Shown in pieces: positions 42,734 to 57,598 of a stretch of DNA of 64,000 nt. The DNA is from Lingula anatina (lineage: Eukaryota; Animalia; Brachiopoda): assembly GCA_051362555.1 (NCBI GenBank), contig CM120640.1, forward strand, positions 35,235,967 through 35,299,966, read 5' to 3'. Numbering within the stretch: position 1 is the stretch's first letter; the number at the start of each line of letters is the position of its first letter. Both the position numbers and the translations under genes were made by a program. Below the pieces are notes generated by a model. That model was given only the letters and a program-made list of their open reading frames with translations. It searched no databases and was not told the DNA's origin.

Positions 42734-44624
42734 CATTGCATACTTCATACTCCACTGTTACAATACCTGTGTACTTCACTTTCAATGGTTTTAAAGTTGG
42801 AAAGCGGTGAAGTTTGGCTTGCCTTCTGGACACATATCTTTTTGACTCTAACAAATTTCCTGCCAGTAAAATAAAAAATTCTCAATTCTAATATTAAATG
42901 ACATTTTAAACATCACCAAAGGCAAGCTTTGCAAAATCTTTGAGTACAAAGTTTATTGTCATAACCAAATTTTTATAAATGAAAAGTTGAGTTATTCTAA
43001 AATCTTCAGTTTGTAAACCAGCTGGTTTTAGGGAGTGTTCTGATGCACTTCTACAATAACCTTTTACAGCTGGTTCATCACCGAACAGCTATAATTATCA
43101 ATATTTTGCCAATCTTGACTTAGCACGAAAATTCATGCGTTAGCACTCCTATTGACGATTCTGATATGTACTGGCGTGGTAACGCATGAAAGCAAAGGCC
43201 TCAAAAAGTTGGAAGTGAAAACCGGTCGCCGAACCAGCCGCGGTGCGGCAGCTCTCAAATTTTTATTTTACATCTCATCTCCTCAACACGCACATAACTG
43301 TGAAGCCAACCAGTTTTCCCATCAACAGAGTATCACTTTCCTTAAATTCATCTGTCTATCTGCGCATGAGTGGAATTTATGTAAAGACTGAGTCTTCTAG
43401 TTGATTTTCACTATGTATCCATGACATTATAACATTTTTTAAAAATAAAAAACGGCTGAAAATTCCATTTCAGTTACTTCATTTTCATCAAGTTAATTGT
43501 GTCAGAAACGAAAAGAGTGGGTGACTTGCCTAGCGTTCCTCTTTCCAACTCAGTCCAGAATTCATGTGGACCACAACTTCTGCTCCTGCGCAGTAGGTTA
43601 CTGGCAGTTGACCTGAGTAGATTTGACCTGATTTTCGCCAGTTTATAGCGGGTGTATGATTTTACGATGGTCAAACTGGTAGATAGATGAATTTAAGGAA
43701 AGTGATACTTTGTTGATGGGAAAACTGGTTGGCTTCACAGTAATGTGCGTGTTGAGGAGATAAGATGTAAAATAAAAATTTGAGAGCTGCCGCACCGCGG
43801 CTGGTTTGGCAACCGGTTTTCATTTCCAACTTTTTGAGGCCTTTGCTTTCATGCATTAGCACGCCAGTACATATCAGAATCGTCAATATAAGTGCTAATG
43901 CATGAATTTTCGTGCTAATCTTGACTAAGAAAGGGGGAAATGGGGCAGTTCCCATTTATAAGCAATCCTTAAAGAACAAAGAGACCTTTACAGAACCTGT
44001 ATAAGATTTTTCTGATCTGCAAAAAGTCAGAGGAGCATTTAAATAAGACTTGAAATTTCAACAACTTATGGCAAAACTTTGAAAGATGTAAATTTGTGCC
44101 TTTTTAGCGTCCCACTCCCCCCCCCCCCCCCCCAATGCCATTTAACAGGTCACACTCACTAGCTCCAATGTGCCAAAAATTAAAGCTGAAAAATTCTGCA
44201 ACACCTTTACCTCCTTTTCTTTTACTGGCTTTAAGGAGGATGTGCTTATTATGATTGGAATGCATAAATCTCTTCTATTTAATTTTTACATGCACTCCAA
44301 TCTTTTGCTTTTTGGTACCTTGGAAAAACGTTTATTACTAATAAAAACTTATTAAATAAAGTCTGTCAGGCTTTCGACCAACATTAAACAACAAGTAACT
44401 GTCTTTTTTATCTGACACTGTACATCAATGACTGAACGTTATCGTCAAACAATCCTTTAGCTCTTTTAAAATGTTATTTGTGTCGAGTGCCTGTGTCACT
44501 GTATATGCCTTTACTTGCCTTGAAAAACAGCCAAGCACTGCATATTTGATCCCATAAGCAAAGTTTTAGAATTGAAGAGCGGTACACGGCAGCTACGAAT
44601 AGCTGCAGGCACAAGAGAACACAT
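38215..44624 (-). CDS. MRPS15: Mitochondrial ribosomal protein S15 (uS15m), 7 exons
   Basis: IKRACSLEFAD, HPKDLDSLEVRIAKWTIRIRN, IDKRRKLLKKLRKEDYRKFKWLLEFLKIKY...YYRK. Presequence-like first exon 44519-44624 ends at a GC donor. Confidence 0.9.
39094..39646 (+). mobile_element. 5'-truncated Penelope-like retroelement (GIY-YIG endonuclease fragment plus 3' end)
   Basis: LVSPKDK...GVVYQCECQVCGEKYIRETER...RITEH; after frameshifts SALSQHQEQTGH and ILEAINIR...LNQSDGTELP. GGTCCAAT is duplicated at 39086-39093 and 39647-39654. Confidence 0.85.
39558..39595 (+). ncRNA. Degenerate hammerhead ribozyme motif in the Penelope 3' end
   Basis: CC-CUGAUGA-A-GUCUG(ACUGCAAG)CAGAU-GAAA-AA-UU-GG; stems I and III are weak. 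Confidence 0.55.
41764..42456 (-). mobile_element. Decayed P-element-like DNA transposon with a THAP-domain relic
   Basis: Inverted termini CAATGGAGTATACCAG / CTGGTATACCCCATTG and subterminal GCACCAGCAGTCCTA / TAGGACTGGTGGTGC. Minus-strand MPQYWCVLVPECQNEHGWHQFPKDSGLCLK* from ATG 42342 resembles a THAP N-terminus. No TSD visible. Confidence 0.55.
43121..43917. mobile_element. Non-autonomous Mutator-like / foldback element, about 240-bp TIRs, 9-bp TSD
   Basis: Arms about 43121-43362 and 43676-43917 are near-perfect reverse complements. ATCTTGACT at 43112-43120 and 43918-43926. Confidence 0.9.
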
Positions 44625-44693
44625 TTTTCGGGCACTTTATGGATGCTCAATGCACAACGAAGTATTCCCACTTCAGTCCGAGGAGGCAGCCAT

Positions 44694-44968
44694 TTTCTTA
44701 TCGCACATTCTCGTAATATTTAGTCCAATCTCGTAGGTCGGAACATGCCGAATCTGAACGGATTTGACCGAAGTACATGGCAACGTGACGTCAAGCAGGT
44801 AAACTTTATCCGGGGCTTTGTTGGTTGCTTGACGACAAAGTTTATTTTGCTGTCAATGTTCTCTTTATGCTGTGTTCCAGAAAGCACACAGCCATTTTTG
44901 CGTTAGAAGCTGCTCGGTACGCCCATTACAAGCAGAGATAAAAACAGCAATTCAACATAAAACATAAG
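44694..44968. promoter_or_regulatory. Bidirectional promoter MRPS15 / PACRG
   Basis: ATGs are 344 bp apart. CRE TGACGTCA at 44786-44793, X-box-like CATGGCAAC at 44776-44784 and GTTGCTTGACGAC at 44824-44836, and AAAATGGCTGCC on the minus strand at 44685-44696. Confidence 0.7.
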
Positions 44969-45688
44969 ATGCACTGTGCTGCGAAGAAGCGCGTTGTCAA
45001 GTCAGAGGATGCTTTCACGATCAAGACTTGGCAGAGTCATGGAAATATAGAGGTAACAGATTAAATGTTTCTTAATATTATGTGTTTCCTCATTTCATTT
45101 AAATGGATTCTTTCATTTGGTAATTTAGGTGTTTCATCATAGTTGATTGTCTGTAAAGCATCTATGAATATATCAGAATTCAGTGGGACATTGCCACTGG
45201 GAAAAATTCATAAAAACTTTTTTCACACTCACACTGAGTAACAGTAAAACGTCGGAATCGTAGGGTATTCTCGCTTGTTGTTGTGTCACAAAATTTTGTG
45301 TCACAAAACAAGTGTTGAGGTATTTAAAACATGAGTGAGGTTGCCTGTTAAAAAGTAGCTCTTTATTGGGGTATACTTCAATTATGCCTAAGCTGTATGT
45401 AAACGGGTTGACTTAAAACACGAGATAGAAACTGACTGAAGTAGACCTCATTCATGCTTCTTCTAATTATTATTATTTAAAATGATTTTGTACTTATCCA
45501 CTGAATTTCATAATAGTAAAACATTTGATCTTTATGCTAATTGCTAAAAATATGCCATCATGTTTTGGAATATGATTTTGGTCAGTAATTTTCATTTACA
45601 TGTGTACGTAAGCTCATTGGATCTTGTTACTTTCCTGATGACATGACTGAGTTATATCAATTTGTAAATTATTTTTATTATTATTTTA

Positions 45689-45728
<40 letters not shown>

Positions 45729-47178
45729 TAACAGCTGGAGGGTCCAAAATCTGCAGGTTCCCTTACTACAAGACCAACAAAGCCAACAAATTTCAGAAAA
45801 TTTTATGAAAGAGGAGACTTTCCCATTGCTTTAGAACATGACACAAAAGGCAACAAAATTGCATGGAAGGTAATTATCATGAACTTTTGTATTCTGGACT
45901 GGACTGTGTTAAATATCCAAACATAAATGGTATATATATATACTAGTAACATGAAAACACAAGCATGGTTGTCAGTATTTTGGTTATTAATAGCTGTAGT
46001 TAAATTATTTTTTTTAAAAACAGGCATGGTCAGATATATTAGTAGTTTATTTCAATTTTTCTTAGTAAGATTACCATTATATATCAAACAACACTTCAAA
46101 TACACTTTTTCCCATTTCAGGTTGAAATTGAAAAGTTAGATTACCACCACTATCTTCCACTTTTCTATGATGGTCTGTGTGAAACAGTCCATCCATATGA
46201 ATTCTTTGCCAGACAGGGTGTACACGATATGCATGAACATGGAGGCAGCAAAATCTTACCAGTTATTCCACAGCTTATTATTCCAATCAAAAGTGAGTTG
46301 ATATTTTCATTGTTTTGATTTAAGTGTAGTGTGCCCATTCAGAATCATGAAAATAAACAGTGAGGAATTTAGATTTTTTTAAAAATCTTTTTAATTATGA
46401 GGTATAATTTATTAATGTTTAAGATGCTCAGTAATAAGAGAATAATATTTGATAGAAAGAAATAATTTTGTGGTTAATCATGCTGCGTCGTGTTAATAAT
46501 GTGATTTACCTGTAGATAGTTTGTTATTTCATATTATTTTTACTTTTAGATGCTTTGAATACACGGAATAGGCAGGTGGTTTGCACAACCCTGAAAATTT
46601 TACAGAACTTGGTGTGTTCTGCAGACATGATTGGAGAGGCTCTTGTCCCCTATTACAGACAAATCCTGCCAATGCTTAATCTTTTCAAAAATAATAACTG
46701 TAAGTAAAGCTTGATTTTTTCTTTTCTTTGCCTGTAGTGTATATTTATAGTTAAAATTGGGGATAAAGGTTGCAACAGTGTGTACATTTTGAAAAGATTT
46801 AAAGACTGTGTTTTGCATATTTTTTGTAATATTTTCAAATATGCATAACAATGATTTTTTCATTAAGCAGTACTCAATCAATTAATAAATTAAAAAAAAA
46901 AAGACATATATTGTAATTATATATATTGTCATATTTTTTGAAAAGAAAGTCATATATTGGGAATAAAAGAAATAATTTTTTCCTTAGGTGCTTATTATTT
47001 TTTTGTTGTTTTTTCAGTAAATTCTGGTGATGGCATTGACTACAGCCAACAGAAAAGGGAAAATATTGGAGACCTCATTCAGGAAACACTGGAACACTTT
47101 GAGAGGCAGGGAGGTGAAGATGCATTCATCAACATCAAATACATGGTCCCCACATATGAATCCTGTATGCTAAACTAA
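44969..47178 (+). CDS. PACRG: Parkin coregulated gene protein (axonemal inner-junction protein), 5 exons
   Basis: Exons 44969-45052, 45735-45869, 46121-46292, 46550-46699, 47018-47178. Motifs [65 protein letters not shown]. Confidence 0.97.
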
Positions 47179-48290
47179 AGGGGCAATCATGAAGACTCAG
47201 ACATATTTTATTGACCTCATTGTACATATGTGTATAGTTCTGTGAATATAAACTGACATGCTGGAAAATTAAATGGGCGGTGGATATTACTATAAAGCTG
47301 ATTTTGAAAAAGGTTAACAATACAGAAAATGGAAGCAGCTTACTTTCAAGTTCTTTATTTTTATGTAGGACATGGGCTTTATTTATTTATGAGAAAAACA
47401 TCTTAAAATGCATGGCTGGTGCTGTGTTATCTAATTTAGATATATGGCATATTTTGCAAGATACTAACACATATATATATTATTGAGCAAGAGCTCACTA
47501 CCAGATTTGAAGAATTGACATGAATATGTGCAGTTCATCATTTATGTCATCTGTATTTGTATGTCCTGTATATTTAAAAATATCAAGATGCTTTAATTCA
47601 TCAGCTGTGAAGAATATTTTGTTCAAATAGTTTACTCAAGTAATGTCAAGCAATAGCTGAGTACAGTATTAAAGGTCAAGTTAGAGAATTATCATTTTTA
47701 CACCAAGTCTGCTGTATTGTTGCATGTTTATTAAATTATCAGCTGTGAAAGATATTTTTTGCAAGATATTTTCGGCAATAAATGTGTGTTAAGCCATTAT
47801 ATTATTTCTTTATTTTATGTTGCTAATTTAAATCTTAATATTAAAAATAACACTTTAGGACTACCCATCTGACATTAATATGTTCTACAATGTATCAATT
47901 TAAATAAGGAACCACCTAATATAAGCTGAACAATATTTTAAAAATTATTTTGCTTAAAAAATTACAATTACTGAACATCACTGGTCTTGCTCAAAAATGA
48001 GTATACCGATTTTCCTTTGCTTTTTTTACTCATTGCCTATGAGACAAATGAGTATACATTTGGAAGCCCATGTTCAATTTGAAACACATATAATCTTTCA
48101 TCTTACAAGTCCCACCAGGTATGCAGTGTGAGCCTGACAGCCAAGTAAAAATCAATAATCCTAAACACAGACAATTACAAAAGATATTGACATATAACAT
48201 CGTATGTAATGTATGAGAAAATCGATCTTAGCCAGTGAGAAATCAATTTCAAACCAGGTTAATAATAAATTGCGGTTTCCACTTAAAGGT

Positions 48291-48487
48291 GTCACGTTAT
48301 TTGGAAGCAGTTCTATAATTTTCTCTTGGTGAGATTCAAAATTGTGGTAGATGAGACAGTGACGTCACAAAGCCAGGCGCTGATTCATGGACACTTACCT
48401 GCTCATGTGACTTTAGCATGTGACACCCATGATATTAGTCATATGACCCAGATTACGCGAAGAAGCTAGGTGATAAATCAGGTAAGT
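48291..48487 (+). promoter_or_regulatory. Distal cathepsin L promoter / non-coding exon with clustered E-box (M-box/CLEAR-like) and CRE motifs
   Basis: GTGACGTCAC 48359-48368, TCATGTGAC 48403-48411, CATGTGAC 48417-48424, GTCATATGAC 48438-48447; donor CAG|gtaagt at 48481. Confidence 0.6.
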
Positions 48488-49407
48488 TTGAAGGATTTAT
48501 CTGGTTTTAGGTACTGAACTTTGTAAATTATTTACTTCACATGGCGTAGTTTTATATTAACAGTACACGAATAACCCTACGCGATGTTGTTAGGTCAAAC
48601 AATTGGGGCGGCAGTCCGTTGCAATGGCATATTTCCTTTTTTGTGTCAAAAGTTTACAGGATTGAAGAGGAAGGAAATAACCCTTTTAAAGTTTTTAAAA
48701 TGCACAAGTTATGAATTAAAAAATACCATTTGTGTTTAAGTGGCAAACTGCATATATTACCTCTAGCCGTTAAATAAATTCCATTAGCGCGTGTTATTTT
48801 ACGCTGCAACAATTATACAAGCTTGTTATATCATACCAGTATTATTGTATTAGAGTCGGATAATACACAGGTATAACGGCACTCCCAAATAAAACTAATA
48901 ATTGATAAAAAGTAGAAAATTGAGATAGATACTAGTTTTTAAAAAATCACCTTAAATTTTCCATTATACTTATTAAAAACAAAAATCTGGGTACATCTGC
49001 TATATTGTGAACTATACAAGAATTAATTGTATTAAAATTATCGGAAAACCAGTATTTTTTCCGACATATTGCAAAACAAATATTTTATTTTTCACTTTCT
49101 TTGTTGGGTGAAAATAAGTCAGAGGCTATGGAATATACATATATACTAACATAGTATTGTTGATATTTAAATGATGAGTGTTACCATGGGAGAGTCCCCT
49201 AGCTGATAGCAGCACTTTGTGTCCCGACATTGATAGCCCATTGTTTATGATCACACATGCTTTGGTTTAAATTACACCAATTAAGTGAACAGGCAGGTGC
49301 AGTGTTTCAATACCACGCTTTCGAAAATAGAAACTTGGAAACGCGAGGCTGCAGCAAACAAAGGATATAACTTCCTTGTCCTTTAAATGGTCAATACAAA
49401 AGTCACA

Positions 49408-49494
49408 GTCACCTGACATTTTTTTCTTGGTCATGTGACAATTCAATCGAACCACTGTATATAAGTCAGCTGTCGGCACAATTCTTTGTCAGTT
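49408..49494 (+). promoter_or_regulatory. Proximal cathepsin L promoter: M-box + TATA + Inr
   Basis: GTCACCTGAC 49408-49417, GTCATGTGAC 49430-49439, TATATAAG 49458-49465 and TCAGTT initiator with A at 49491 (about 31 nt spacing). Confidence 0.6.
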
Positions 49495-49637
49495 CTACTA
49501 GAAACCATTTTCAGATTTGACGTCGTGCATGTACAGTTCCATTAGAATTCACTTCATTTGCAAATTTGTGATACTACCAGTTGCAATAACAAAGGAAACT
49601 TATTTTTCAGACATATTCAAATAAAAACAACTTGAAA

Positions 49638-53786
<4,149 letters not shown>

Positions 53787-56700
53787 AAGTGGGTAATTAA
53801 CATTTAATTGCACAATGATTATTGATTTAAGGTTATAAACAGGCACACAACAGTTGTGAAACATGACATTAAGTTTAGAATTTGCACTCGGTCAAAAAAG
53901 TTGGGAAACATCGCTATTTTGAATAATTATAAAATAACCATATGAGCTAAGGTAAAAGTCATGGAAATGACTAAATTTGAGCAAGTCTTGACAATAAACA
54001 GTGGAGGCTACACTGATGCTCAAGACTTTTGTTAACTAAATCTTACATTCTGTATGCCTAACATAAAGATTTCAATACTTTTAACATTAACCATTAAAAT
54101 TAATGCTAATAAACCAGGTTTAAGAAATAAATAGATTACTAATAATAGATCATTTAAAACTCAAATTTATATTTCAGAGTCCCTATTGTGTTGTATCCAA
54201 ATAGTATGAACCAAACGATGTGAAGCATTTTCCAAAGACAATAAGTGCAGGACACCCACTACATGTCATTGGGCAATCATATTTTTGATAGAAAGACAGG
54301 GAACTATTTGAAAACTTCTGGTTATTTATTTACGTAATATTTCTCAGGCTTGGTTTTTTTTTATTTATTCCACACACATTTATCAAACAGCATCAACTAC
54401 ATTGTGTGTGAAATGTCAGTTTTTTCAAGAACAAAGCTTTGGTCTAGGACTTTGCAGTAACACTGCTAATGACATTGGAAAAAATTTGTACAAAGTGTTA
54501 GTAAGAGGGATTTGAACATTAGAGGATTTGGAAGTTTTTGGTCTGCATTTAAGGAGGTGCATCTTCCTTGTACCAAAGGTATAATCTATGCAATTTTGTT
54601 GTGAACTTGATTTTTTTCAGATTATCCAAGAAATGATTTTTTTTTCACATTAACCAGGAAGTAATGTATCCACTTCATTTTTAGCATTTAGTGAAGGAGG
54701 CATTTAAGTTTTTTCACCTTGATCTATATGTAATTAATTATTGATTTAAGACAGGTCTTGGATAAAGAACACCAGTCTGACCATTTCATGTATTCGTTTA
54801 TCTTTTAAAATCTGATGTGAGCAAGGATATCCATTTTGCATTTTTGTTAACTCTCTGAAATCCAACAGAAACAATGAGTTTCTTTTATTTCAACAATACA
54901 CCACCTTTTTTCTTCATATTATAAGGTTTATGTTTTTAGAAGAGTATAGAATAATGAATAAAATACTTTCATAAACCCATGTAGAGTATTTAATTTTTAT
55001 ACAACACTTAAAGACCAAAGAATGGAAGAAGGCTTCTAATATAACATTCCAATGTATATTTTGTCAGATGTATTGCTTCGTGAACAATCCCCACAAAGCT
55101 TGAATTGGCTGCAACTTTCAGAATTTATTTTTGTGATAATGCAGTGTTTGAAGTAGTATGGAATTAAGACTAAAACCAGTGTAGAAATTGCCATCAAGGT
55201 TGATGAACTGAGAATGTTATTATTGATCCACTGAAACTTGAGTGCTGCCTCTATTCCCCAATATGTCAACATGTATAACAATTGCAAAGCACCTTGCTAC
55301 AAATTATTACAAAAAATTGCTTAGTCCCAATCCCAACCCTAAAATAAGTGAAGTAATATTCCATAAATATTAACAAATTGTAAGACCAAACTCCAAGTGT
55401 GTCTAAATGTTAAAATCTTAAAGTAACAGGAAAAAGAATTAAATACCATAGTATACATATGCTTTCATCCTATTTATAAGCATTACTGGCTCCTCAATTT
55501 TTGGTATACTATCCCAATTGAATGATTTCAAATTCCAAAACCTTAAAATCCAAAATAATGGGACATGAAACCATTTCAAATATGGTATTATGTTTCTGAT
55601 TGTTAAACTTGTATATATGCATACTGGCTTTTCATTTGGCATAAATCCACAATCAAATTTTATGATTACCAATCCCCAATTCCCACATAAACTCTGTATA
55701 AACAATATAAATCTTATACAACGCTAAAATGACCCAAAATAGAACTCTTGAATATCACATAATTTTACACCCAACAATAATATGAAATCTGTATTAAAAA
55801 ACTCACAAAAATCTACAACATATTTAACAATATTCACCCTCAGTTTCAGAGTTTACAGGAAATGGTAGAGCCATGCTGATGATAGAGGTTTAGCAGTAGC
55901 TATTAAACCAAAGGCCATTAAGGTCTACAAGTTCATTTACAAAATACCAGAACAGCTTAACATGTTTTTATTTACTTCCAGTAAAGTCTGAAACTCCCAG
56001 TGACAATAACTACTTCAACACAAAATCGAAAGATAGAATTTAGCTGAATTGCATCTTTCTGGGTTCTTTTAATATTAATAATAGATACAGTATCCATACA
56101 TATATTTGTGCTTTTACGGTACTCTAAATCAAGCCTTGGCGGTACATTACACAACATATATAAACTTAATCATTACTGGCCAATTGAAATAATACATACA
56201 TGATTACTCTATAGGGATATATTTCTCACCAATCTACTAAATCTTGTACCATGTGGTTCAATAGCATTTCTTGCAATTAAATAAATAAATAAAATAAGAT
56301 AGAAATATCCAAATTATGTGAATTTCTAAAAGCAATCACCTTTTTGTCAAATCTTCATGCCCAAGGGGAAGACTGCCTTAGTTACTCTTTGCATTTATGG
56401 AAAACATACATATTACTTAAAAATACAAAAATACTGGAATATTCAAACTTATGAAGAGATGACAAGTACAGCAAAACCCTTATCTAGATTGTGCACACAC
56501 TTTAAAGAGGGGAACTTTTTGAAAGGATATATACATCCTGAATGCAAGCATAAAAGAGTTCAGTATTTTAACCAGTGCCATACAAAACTGCAAAGCACGC
56601 TTCCTAAATACTATTGGTAAATGACATGGCTAATATAATTATATACTTAAAATTAGACTGCGAAGTATACATATTGGAAGCTTGCTATTCATGGGCTGAC

Positions 56701-57012
56701 ACTTAAAAAGCAAACAAATAAAAAATGCACTGCCTAGACAAGATTCAAATTCGAAGTCACACAAAATTTTAAATTATAAGTAATTAATTACATCCATTAT
56801 AAAGTCATTTTAGTTAAAGAATCTATGGTTAAGAAATTTTTATTATCCATCCTGCAAATGGGGGATTACAAAACATTATGTAACGCATGTCTTGTGATCC
56901 TTAAATGCAAAGTAGTTAATATAAGATGTTTTAACCATAGATTTTATAACTAAAGTGTCTTTATTACAGATGTAATGAATCTTTTTATAATTTTGTCTGT
57001 GACTTCAGATAT

Positions 57013-57187
57013 CAATCTGGCCTAGGCTGATTTTAAATCTGCCTAGGTGAGATAGAAATTTCAATCTTGCCTGGGGCCAATTTTAAATCTGCCTAAGCCA
57101 GTTTGAAATTTCAATTTTGCCTAGGACTGAAATTGCAGTCTTGCCTAGGCAATTAAAAATCTTCCTTGATTTAAATCTTGCCTATGA
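57013..57187. repeat. Degenerate minisatellite with a TCT(T)GCCTAGG core downstream of the REV3L stop
   Basis: About 8 copies of an AATCT(T)GCCTAGG-like core at alternating spacings of about 21 and 29 bp. Confidence 0.8.
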
Positions 57188-57230
57188 CATACAGATAGAA
57201 TAGAACTCCAATGTGAAATCTGGCTACTAG

Positions 57231-57262
<32 letters not shown>

Positions 57263-57598
57263 CTTTCCAGTGAATTTGTACTAGATTTTCAACTTAAAAT
57301 GCTTCTGTTTTATGTAAAACCTGTAAAGACAGGTAGTTTTATGGCAAAAGTTATTTCTGATGTTATTTTTCACTTTAATCTTATCTGATACCTTAAAACA
57401 TCTTCAATAACACTTGGACTGATATTTTTGTGACCGTCGACTCTTCTGTATTTTAATACTGCTCCTTTAAAAAATGAATGTTTTTTTTTTTGTCTTATTT
57501 TACCCTTTAAAGCTTAATTTCAATCTTCAAAAACATTGTCCGTATATGGTGTCAACCTTAAAGAAAGTTGAGCTCCAAAAATTGTCCCACTGTATGTT

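Noticed and set aside
43152-43955. Two similar ORFs on opposite strands (43152-43391 +, 43671-43955 -)
   Set aside because: They are translations of the two arms of one inverted-repeat element, not genes.
57013-57187. Regularly spaced repeats resembling a CRISPR array
   Set aside because: Eukaryotic context, degenerate units and no unique spacers; an ordinary minisatellite.
57392-57557. Apparent splice sites and a short echo of the REV3L terminal codons in the 3' UTR
   Set aside because: Weak donors and only about 20 nt of AT-rich similarity; cannot be supported without transcripts.
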